From: Candidatus Giovannonibacteria bacterium RIFOXYD1_FULL_48_21
Lineage (GTDB): Bacteria; Patescibacteriota; Minisyncoccia; JACPKW01; UBA11713
Reading direction: 5' to 3'
DNA: 64,000 nt
Assembly (NCBI GenBank): GCA_001778985.1
Contig: MFIU01000001.1
Location: 126,001 to 190,000 of the forward strand
In this document: piece after piece, positions 47,408 to 54,264 of the stretch
Numbering within the stretch: position 1 is the stretch's first letter
How the letters are laid out: each line of letters opens with the position of its first letter
Translations under genes and position numbers: made by a program
The notes under the pieces: model-generated
The model's database searches: none
The model's input: only the letters and a program-made list of their open reading frames with translations
Told to the model about the DNA's origin: nothing

Positions 47408-48058
47408 ATGAAGCCAAGTTTTGAACAAGGGATTTTGTTTGACCGGAATGTCGTAGAACTCAAGGCGAAGCTTGACCACGACGAAATGCAACGGCTGATT
47501 GAGGGCTTCAATCTTGTCTACGGCATCGCCAAAGGCAAGGTCAAGAGAACGGCGTCAGTATTATTAAATCTTGTCGTTTCCGGAGTGAGCATTACCGCAG
47601 CGCCCGCCGCGAAAACGGATGACTGTTTCAAGGTCGGGGACGGCGTCTTCGCTTATCGTGACCAGGATTTTGACCGCTGGTTGCCGGCAACGGTTCCGGC
47701 CGTGGGCGCGGGCAACGCCTCGACGTTTGAGTTTGAAATAGATCTCAACTTTCAGGAAATTGTAGAGGCGCACCTCGGCACCAAAGGCTCAATCGATGAG
47801 CTCAAAAAAGCGCTTATCGAGAATGGAAAGTGCTGGAGCCCGAAGCAGATAGATAAGCTCATCCGCAACTGCGAGAATGGCGACAATCCCTTAAAACTGC
47901 GGACTGACGGCTATGCCAATTTCTTCTTTATTGATATTGGCGGCGGCGTCTTCGCGGTCAGCGCCTATCGGTTCTCGGACGGCTGGGACATGTATGTCTA
48001 CGAGTTCGCGGACACCAATCGCTGGCGCGTCGAGGACCGCGTTTCTTTCCGCAACTGA
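47408..48058 (+). CDS. DGR target protein (variable C-terminus)
   Basis: strong SD GAAGGAGG 5 nt before ATG 47408; the last ~36 codons are the VR. Confidence 0.7.
   Translation: MKPSFEQGILFDRNVVELKAKLDHDEMQRLIEGFNLVYGIAKGKVKRTASVLLNLVVSGVSITAAPAAKTDDCFKVGDGVFAYRDQDFDRWLPATVPAVGAGNASTFEFEIDLNFQEIVEAHLGTKGSIDELKKALIENGKCWSPKQIDKLIRNCENGDNPLKLRTDGYANFFFIDIGGGVFAVSAYRFSDGWDMYVYEFADTNRWRVEDRVSFRN
47947..48055 (+). repeat. DGR variable repeat (VR)
   Basis: 109 bp, 89% identical to the TR; all 12 mismatches fall at positions where the TR has A. Confidence 0.8.
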
Positions 48059-48089
48059 TTCTTTGTTTCTTTGTCCCTCCGCATCCTAA

Positions 48090-48120
48090 ACGCCGGGTGT
48101 TCATCCTGAACATCCGGCGT
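48090..48120 (+). other. GC-rich hairpin immediately downstream of the VR (DGR target-recognition hairpin)
   Basis: ACGCCGGGTGTTCA-TCC-TGAACATCCGGCGT, 14-bp stem with 3-nt loop. Confidence 0.55.
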
Positions 48121-48326
48121 ATCTTTTTTAATGCTATACTCAATATGAATTTCGCTGGCATCCCCGGTCAAGGCTTGGGGTGGCGAAATTCCGGTCTGAA
48201 ATTTTTATTTCCGCCCGTCAAAAAACAAACAGTTGGTGCGGTCTGCTAGGAAACATTAAGGTTTCAAATACTATACAGCCCCGAGAGTATTCAAAGGGCA
48301 GTGGATTGGGCGGCAGGCGGCACGAA

Positions 48327-48435
48327 ACGTCTTCGCGGTCAACGCCAATCGGAACTCGGACGGCTGGAACATGAATGTCAACGAGTTCGCGAACACCAAT
48401 CGCTGGAACGTCGAGAACCGCGTTTCTTTCCGAAA
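48327..48435 (+). repeat. DGR template repeat (TR)
   Basis: nine AAC/AAT codons aligned to diversified VR codons. Confidence 0.8.
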
Positions 48436-48789
48436 CTATTTGTTTTCTCCCGCTGCGCTCTGGCGGGAGTTTTTGCTCCAACCGTAGAGCATTTTCCCGA
48501 CCTCATTCAGATGCTTGGAAAGCAGAATATACTTTTTATTGTTAAGCATCTTTATTTCCCAAGATACTTGCAGAAAGAATTTAAGAATGTCCAGTTTATT
48601 TTGGGCTTTATCCAAATACGGCAATTTCTCTTGTCTCGGCAGATAACTTGCTATGAATAACGATTCAAGGGTTTCCAGGAAGAGTAAATCTATTTTAGCG
48701 CCGAGCGTCAGGCGCAATGTTTTTGGGAGATTTTCAAAAACCCCATGCCACGATTTGTAGACCGCAACCAAGCGCCCGATGATGAGCAC
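48436..48789 (-). CDS. avd: Avd-like four-helix-bundle protein (accessory variability determinant)
   Basis: 117 aa; C-terminal LNEVGKMLYGWSK resembles the TIGR02436/bAvd EIGxxLxGW tail; GTG start; opposite strand to TR/RT. Confidence 0.55.
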   Translation of the reverse strand: MLIIGRLVAVYKSWHGVFENLPKTLRLTLGAKIDLLFLETLESLFIASYLPRQEKLPYLDKAQNKLDILKFFLQVSWEIKMLNNKKYILLSKHLNEVGKMLYGWSKNSRQSAAGENK

Positions 48790-48889
48790 GGTTCCGTAAG
48801 GGGGGGGGCTTAAAGGAAGAATTCAATTCGGACATAGTTTTGAAGATATCATTTCGGTTGAAAATCTCCTAGCGGCTTGGAAAGAATTT

Positions 48890-49777
48890 TTGAAAGGGAA
48901 ACGCAATAAACCTGATGTCCAAGAATTTTCGATACGGCTCATGGATAATATTCTAGCACTTTACCAAGAACTTGCCTCTAAAACTTACGAGCACGGCGGC
49001 TATAAATCCTTTCACATCTTTGACCCCAAGCCGAGGCATATCCACAAAGCCAGTGTTCGCGATAGATTATTACACCATGCCATTTACCGGAAGCTCTATA
49101 CGTTCTTTGACAGAACTTTCATTACCGATTCATTTTCCTGCCGCAAGAACAGAGGAACACATAAGGCACTAAACGGGTTTAAAGCGTTTGGGCAAAAAGT
49201 AAGTCGAAACAACACCAAAATCTGCTGGGTTTTGAAAGGCGACATCCGAAAGTTCTTTCAGAACATTGACCATGAAGTTTTAATGAATACTTTATCGCAG
49301 CATATCCCTGATAAAAATATTCTCTGGCTTCTAAAAAAAGTTATTGAGAGTTTTTCTCCCGGTCTACCCCTCGGCAACCTAACTTCCCAGCTTTTCGTTA
49401 ATATCTATATGAACGAATTTGACCAATTTGTGAAACATAAATTGAAAGTAAAATATTATATTCGCTACGCGGACGACTTCGTGATTTTGTCGGAAGATAA
49501 AAGCGAACTCCATAATCTAATTCCAAAAATCAGAGATTTTTTTCAAGACACCCTGCGTCTCGAACTCCATCCCGACAAAGTTTTTATCAAAACTCTTGCT
49601 TCCGGCGTTGACTTTTTGGGCTGGGTTCATTTTCCGGACAATAGGGTATTGCGAACGGCGACCAAAAGGCGGATGATTAAAAGGATACAAGATAATCTAA
49701 ATCCCCAGACCTTGAATTCATACCTCGGTTTTCTGAAACACGGAAATACATATAAACTTCGGAAAGAAATTTACTGA
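48890..49777 (+). CDS. DGR-type reverse transcriptase
   Basis: YADD box (IRYADDFVIL) and the DGR-specific PLGNLTSQ motif; conserved N-terminal residues (FEDIISVENLLAAWKEF) lie in frame upstream of the called TTG start, back to ~48800. Confidence 0.8.
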   Translation: MKGKRNKPDVQEFSIRLMDNILALYQELASKTYEHGGYKSFHIFDPKPRHIHKASVRDRLLHHAIYRKLYTFFDRTFITDSFSCRKNRGTHKALNGFKAFGQKVSRNNTKICWVLKGDIRKFFQNIDHEVLMNTLSQHIPDKNILWLLKKVIESFSPGLPLGNLTSQLFVNIYMNEFDQFVKHKLKVKYYIRYADDFVILSEDKSELHNLIPKIRDFFQDTLRLELHPDKVFIKTLASGVDFLGWVHFPDNRVLRTATKRRMIKRIQDNLNPQTLNSYLGFLKHGNTYKLRKEIY

Positions 49778-49778
49778 T

Positions 49779-50204
49779 ATGCCTGTGATTCGTTCGGCGG
49801 GGGCAATTGTTTTCAGAGAAACTAAAAAAGGCCGGGAGTACCTTTTGATTAAACATGCCCCGCCCTATGGACATTGGGATTTTCCGAAAGGACACATCGA
49901 GAAAAGGGAGAAGACCGAGGAAGCAGTCAGGCGCGAAGTTGAAGAAGAAACAGGAATTTCCAAAATCGAAATTATTCCGGGTTTCAAAGAGACGATTCGC
50001 TACTTCGTGAAATACACCGGCGAGAAGGCGCTGAAATTCGTCGCGTATTTTTTGGCAAAGACCAACGAGAAAAAAGTTAAACTCTCCCATGAGCACGAGG
50101 ATTTCGCTTGGCTGCCTTTTGAGGAAGCGTACAAGAAGATTACTTACAACACTTCAAAAAAGCTTTTAAAAAAAGCCGATGAATTTCTCGAAAAAAGTTC
50201 TTGA
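49779..50204 (+). CDS. NUDIX hydrolase
   Basis: Nudix box GHIEKREKTEEAVRREVEEETGI. Confidence 0.75.
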   Translation: MPVIRSAGAIVFRETKKGREYLLIKHAPPYGHWDFPKGHIEKREKTEEAVRREVEEETGISKIEIIPGFKETIRYFVKYTGEKALKFVAYFLAKTNEKKVKLSHEHEDFAWLPFEEAYKKITYNTSKKLLKKADEFLEKSS

Positions 50205-50430
50205 GGTTGTTCGGAAAATTCCGCGCGGAAAAACGCTGACTTACAAAGAAGTGGCGCGCCGGGCAGGCTCGCCCCGAGCTTGTCGAGGGGTGGGAAACAT
50301 TTTGAAGAAAAATTTTGACCCGAAAATTCCCTGCCACAGAGTTATTCGCTCGGACGGAAAGCCGGGCGGGTATAATCGAGGTCGGCGTGCTAAAATGCGG
50401 TTATTAAAAAAAGAGGGAATTTTGTTATGA
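50179..50430 (+). CDS. MGMT-family (methylated-DNA-protein-cysteine methyltransferase DNA-binding domain) protein
   Basis: IPCHRVI active-site motif, 83 aa. Confidence 0.65.
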   Translation: MNFSKKVLEVVRKIPRGKTLTYKEVARRAGSPRACRGVGNILKKNFDPKIPCHRVIRSDGKPGGYNRGRRAKMRLLKKEGILL

Positions 50431-51164
50431 CGCTTCTGGCAGCAATTTTATTGTCCTCTTTAGCCGCCGCGCTGGTTTCTTTTGTCGGCGGCATTTTGGC
50501 TATTTTTAACGAGGAAAAGGTGCGGCGGGCAACGCATTTTATCGTGAGTTTCGCCATCGGCGCTCTTTTTTCTGTGGCTCTTTTGGACCTTATTCCGGAA
50601 GCGTTAGAGATTGGTTCAACCAAACTTGTAATGTCTTTTGTACTCTTGGGAGTTTTGCTGTTTTTTCTTCTGGAAAAATTTATCTTTTGGTATCACTGCC
50701 ACGACGGCCAGTGTCCTATCCATACTTATTCTTATTTGATTCTCTGGGGCGATTTTCTGCACAATTTTGTGGACGGAATTATTTTGGCTTTGACTTTCCT
50801 CGTTGATTTGCGGCTGGGGCTTCTAACCACGGTAGCCGTGATTCTTCATGAAATTCCGCAGGAGATTGGCGATTTTGGAATTTTGATTCATGGCGGATTT
50901 TCACGCAGAAAAGCGCTCTGGTATAATTTTCTTTCTGCGATCTCCGTGGTTATCGGCGCCGTTTTGACCTACGCTCTGGGAGCAGTACTCGAGCCGTTCT
51001 TGCCCTTGGGTTTGGCGCTCGTTGCGGGCGCCTTTATCTACCTCGCCGCAGTTGACCTTATGCCGGAGCTTCACGAAACGACAGGATTTTCGCACGCTCT
51101 TATCCAGATCGTTTTTATCGCCATGGGAGCGCTTTTGGTGATAGCCCCAGATTTTATTTTTTAA
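50427..51164 (+). CDS. ZIP-family divalent metal transporter (ZupT-like)
   Basis: HEIPQEIGDFGIL motif, 8 TM. Confidence 0.75.
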   Translation: MTLLAAILLSSLAAALVSFVGGILAIFNEEKVRRATHFIVSFAIGALFSVALLDLIPEALEIGSTKLVMSFVLLGVLLFFLLEKFIFWYHCHDGQCPIHTYSYLILWGDFLHNFVDGIILALTFLVDLRLGLLTTVAVILHEIPQEIGDFGILIHGGFSRRKALWYNFLSAISVVIGAVLTYALGAVLEPFLPLGLALVAGAFIYLAAVDLMPELHETTGFSHALIQIVFIAMGALLVIAPDFIF

Positions 51165-51170
51165 AAAATG

Positions 51171-51196
51171 AAAGGCGGCCCTGCAGGGTCGCCTTT
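51171..51196. terminator. bidirectional hairpin terminator
   Basis: AAAGGCG-GCCCTGCAGGGT-CGCCTTT between convergent genes, T-runs on both sides. Confidence 0.45.
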
Positions 51197-51209
51197 CTTG
51201 GTCACGTCT

Positions 51210-51434
51210 TCAGAGCGTTTGTATTTCCTCGAGTAATCTCGCCGCCTCCTTGTAGTCTGCTTTTTTGAGCGCTTGGGAGTAAAGCTCCTCAAGTTCTTTC
51301 TTTCTTTTTTTTCTTTTCTCTTTCTCGCACGCTTCTTGCACTGCATTCATTTTTGGCTCTCCTTTCTTCCCATTTGAGCTTGGAACAAAATATATCCCTT
51401 CATGAGTTTCCCTCCCCAGTTTGTTAAACAACAA
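51210..51434 (-). CDS. small K/E-rich hypothetical protein
   Basis: internal Met at ~51347 preceded by AAGGAGAG may be the true start (46 aa). Confidence 0.3.
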   Translation of the reverse strand: MLFNKLGRETHEGIYFVPSSNGKKGEPKMNAVQEACEKEKRKKRKKELEELYSQALKKADYKEAARLLEEIQTL

Positions 51435-51645
51435 AATTACCGACCTTGTGGGTCGGCTCCGTCCTTTTAACTATTTACCATTCAACTACTCAACTAATAA
51501 CAGAGGCCGACCCTTAAACTCGTAAAAAAAGAAGCTAAAAAAGAAATTGAATCGGCTTAAATCTGTCATCAATTTTATTCTAGCAAGCCCTAAAAACGAG
51601 TCAAGGGGAGGTCTATCTAAACCTCCCCATTTTGGAATTCGAGCT

Positions 51646-51762
51646 CTAGTCGCCGCCCGCGTAGCGCAGAGTTTCGAATGCTTCGCGGAGTTCTTTTATT
51701 TCTTTCTCCGTAAGCCTTCGCTCCTTTTGGCGTTTCAGTAACTCCTCTATTTTCTTTTCCAT
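51646..51762 (-). CDS. small ORF (38 aa, charged helical)
   Basis: GGGAGGA SD 5 nt before ATG; hairpin GGGGAGG...CCTCCCC downstream. Confidence 0.3.
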   Translation of the reverse strand: MEKKIEELLKRQKERRLTEKEIKELREAFETLRYAGGD

Positions 51763-51786
51763 TTTTCCTCCCTAAAGAACAAAATT

Positions 51787-51805
51787 CCGGTTCTTGGAGA
51801 ACCGG
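51787..51805 (-). terminator. rho-independent terminator after rplT
   Basis: CCGGTTC-TCCAA-GAACCGG followed by AATTTTGTTCTTT on the minus strand. Confidence 0.45.
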
Positions 51806-51923
51806 TTTCTGGAAGTATCTTTATTTCGTCAGGATATGTCCAAAGACCGGCGCTCCAATGAGTCCTTAATGACTACGAGGATAAGAGCCAGTCGTCCTTT
51901 CATATCCATAATTACATACCTTA

Positions 51924-52274
51924 TCACGCTCCTTTTACTTTTTCAACCAGGGCTAGGAAGGCCTGGGGATAATTTTGGGCGAGCTCTGCCAGAATTTTCC
52001 GGTCAAGTTCAATACCGGCCCTTTTTAATTTGTGCGTAAAAACGCTGTAAGAAAGGCCAGACTCGCGCGCCGCGGCGTTTATTTTTATTTGCCAGAGTTT
52101 CCTGAAGTTTCTTTTCTTTTTGCGGCGGTCCTGAAAAGAATGAACGGCGGCGTGCAGTAACCGCTCCCTCGCCAATCTTTCTTTGGATTTTCCGCCCCAG
52201 CGAAAACCTTTGGTGCGGCGCAAAATGTTGCGCCTCTTCTTTAACGAAATTTTTCCTCTTTTTACCCGCGCCAT
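51924..52274 (-). CDS. rplT: 50S ribosomal protein L20
   Basis: [24 protein letters not shown]. Confidence 0.9.
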   Translation of the reverse strand: MARVKRGKISLKKRRNILRRTKGFRWGGKSKERLARERLLHAAVHSFQDRRKKKRNFRKLWQIKINAAARESGLSYSVFTHKLKRAGIELDRKILAELAQNYPQAFLALVEKVKGA

Positions 52275-52277
52275 AAT

Positions 52278-52466
52278 TTAAATATAAGGCAAATAATGCT
52301 TAAGAGTTTGCCTATCAATGCTAAAATTTTTCCAGCCTTTCAGGTGGAGCTGTTTAAGCCTTCTCGTTTTGGCGTTGAAATGATTCTGGCCCGGAATCCG
52401 GGCGAACACCTTGCCCGTCGGCGTCACTTTCAGGCGCTTTAGAAATGATTTATTAGTTTTATTCAT
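52278..52466 (-). CDS. rpmI: 50S ribosomal protein L35
   Basis: 62 aa, KSFLKRLKVTPTGKV. Confidence 0.85.
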   Translation of the reverse strand: MNKTNKSFLKRLKVTPTGKVFARIPGQNHFNAKTRRLKQLHLKGWKNFSIDRQTLKHYLPYI

Positions 52467-52975
52467 TTTTTCTCGATGATAAGATGGATTCCGCGCGGCC
52501 CCTGTTTCGGCCCTTCGGAGACTTTGTAGTCCCGCGGAATGAAATGCAGTATTCGCTCCATTCTCTCTTTTATGAAATTTTTGTCAAGATATTTTGCCCG
52601 GCCTCTTAACGCGAGCCCTATTTTTACCTTGTCGCCTTCGTCCAGAAACTCGCCGATTTTCTTCGCTTTCATCTCCAGGTCGTGCTCCGAGGTGTTTAGC
52701 CCCACCCGTACTTCGCGCACCTCGGCGAGGTGGGCCTTTTTGCCCGCCTCCCGGCGCTTTCTATCCTGCTGGTAGGACCACTTGCCGAAGTCCATTATTT
52801 TGACCACCGGAGGCTTGGCCGTGGGAGAGATTTCGATTGCGTCCAGCCCTTTTTCCTGGGCAATTCTAAGGGCCTCGGAAATTTCAATGACACCATAGTT
52901 GGTGCCATCATCGCCGATAACCCTGACGGGGTTCGCGATTATCTGATTATTTATTCTAACGCGCTCTTGAGCCAG
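52463..52975 (-). CDS. infC: translation initiation factor IF-3
   Basis: the ORF track shows only the C-terminal domain (52463..52807); the conserved N-terminal domain (ERVRINNQIIANPVRVIGDDG...ISPTAKPPVVKIMDFGKWSY) continues in frame upstream with no ATG, so a non-AUG start (AUU/AUA/CUG type) is likely; 5' end approximate. Confidence 0.75.
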   Translation of the reverse strand: MAQERVRINNQIIANPVRVIGDDGTNYGVIEISEALRIAQEKGLDAIEISPTAKPPVVKIMDFGKWSYQQDRKRREAGKKAHLAEVREVRVGLNTSEHDLEMKAKKIGEFLDEGDKVKIGLALRGRAKYLDKNFIKERMERILHFIPRDYKVSEGPKQGPRGIHLIIEKK

Positions 52976-53006
52976 ATAGTTTAATTATAGAGTAATTGAA
53001 TTTTGT

Positions 53007-53276
53007 TGTGGAGATGGCGGGAATTGAACCCGCGTCAGAAGAAATTTTGAACCGCGGTTGACAGGCTTAAAACTTTTGAAGGTTTTTCTCGCTTATAACA
53101 CCCGCGACCCTCTAGCGAGAATCAAGGACGGATGCTTACACAGACTTAATTAAGCAACTGCGTAAGAAGGTTGGAATAAGTTTGCACTTACTACATTGAG
53201 AGATTTTTAAGAGCTAACTCTCGTCCTCTGCCTGAGCGCCTGCTCAAACTTTTCCTCCTCGAGGCCGATCATCCCC
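53007..53276 (-). ncRNA. ssrA: tmRNA (ssrA), about 270 nt
   Basis: 5' GGGGATG pairs with 3' CATCTCC-A (G3:U wobble), T-arm GCGGG-TTCAATT-CCCGC, tag reading frame GCA AAC TTA TTC CAA CCT TCT TAC GCA GTT GCT TAA (ANLFQPSYAVA*) at 53150-53185. Confidence 0.65.
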
Positions 53277-53715
53277 GTTTTAAAGTTCTACTGATTTCTC
53301 TTTCAATGTCGCGTTTCTTTATCTTTTCCCTCTTCTCGAATCTCTTTTTGCCTCGGACGACAGCGATTTCTATCTTGATTCTGCAGTGCGTAGTATACAC
53401 CTTGGTGGGGATTACAGTCAAGCCCCTTTCCTCTGCCTTTCCAGCCAGGCGCGAGATTTCTTTTTTATGCAACAAAAGTTTTCGCGTTCTTTGCGGCTCG
53501 TAATCTGGAGGCGTGTTTTTCGGCTGATAGGGCGGGATATCCATCCCGACAATATGGGCTTCATTGCCCCGGATGATGACGCGCGCGCCCATGATATTTC
53601 CGCGCTTTGATTTCAAAGATTTCACTTCAAATCCCTTCAATTCCAACCCGGCCTCGTATTTCTCAAGGATTTCATAATTGAAATATGCTTTTTTGTTTTC
53701 CAAAAGCGCGGGCAT
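53269..53715 (-). CDS. smpB: SsrA-binding protein SmpB
   Basis: KAYFNYEILEKYEAGLELKGFEVKS... Confidence 0.85.
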   Translation of the reverse strand: MPALLENKKAYFNYEILEKYEAGLELKGFEVKSLKSKRGNIMGARVIIRGNEAHIVGMDIPPYQPKNTPPDYEPQRTRKLLLHKKEISRLAGKAEERGLTVIPTKVYTTHCRIKIEIAVVRGKKRFEKREKIKKRDIEREISRTLKRG

Positions 53716-53790
53716 GGTTCCATTTTATCATAATTTGACTTTTATTTTTGGATTTGCTATAGTTTTTAAAAATCCAGTTGAGGGGGAATT

Positions 53791-54183
53791 ATGAAAGTTC
53801 TTATAGTGGAAGATTTTCGCGATTTGGTTGACATCTTGAAGCTTCAATTCGCAAGAATGGGGAACGCCGATGTGAAGGCCGTAGAGGATGGGCTTCAGGC
53901 CTGCTTTTTTCTCGAAGAGCAGGGGGAGCTCATAAGTTTGATTGTCGCTTGCTGGGAGCAATCGAGGAATATGCGCCTGACTCTCGGCGAGGGGACATTG
54001 GAGATGGCGCGAAAAAAGAATCCCAACGTCAAGATAATTCTGGTGACTACCAATCCGAGGCTGGGGCACTTGGATTATCTGAGGTCTATTGGGGCCGACT
54101 ACGTGCTTGTCAAACCATTTATGTACAGGGACCTTATCAACGCGATAAACATTGTCAGGCCAGAGGCCCCACTCTTACATTAA
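53791..54183 (+). CDS. stand-alone receiver (REC) domain protein, atypical
   Basis: CheY-like fold (VLIVEDFRD...KIILVTT...VLVKPF); the expected phospho-acceptor Asp position reads LIVACW. Confidence 0.5.
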   Translation: MKVLIVEDFRDLVDILKLQFARMGNADVKAVEDGLQACFFLEEQGELISLIVACWEQSRNMRLTLGEGTLEMARKKNPNVKIILVTTNPRLGHLDYLRSIGADYVLVKPFMYRDLINAINIVRPEAPLLH

Positions 54184-54264
54184 TGTAAGGTCAGTAATGA
54201 ATGATCAAAGGCATCCTGCGCGGGTGCCTTTGTTCTTTTTGAAGCTCTTGGCTAAACTTAAGCT

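Noticed and set aside
48301-48660. ORF-track '+' ORF of 119 aa
   Set aside because: It lies over the TR and is antisense to the better-supported Avd-like ORF. The translation is low-complexity Arg/Gln-rich with no motif.
48890-49777. Group II intron or retron reverse transcriptase
   Set aside because: No maturase/X or En domain, no intron RNA domain V/VI-like structures nearby, and no retron msr/msd repeats. The (I/L)GxxxSQ motif together with the adjacent A-mutated TR/VR pair points to a DGR RT.
52730-52984. ORF-track '+' ORF of 84 aa
   Set aside because: Antisense to the conserved N-terminal domain of infC.
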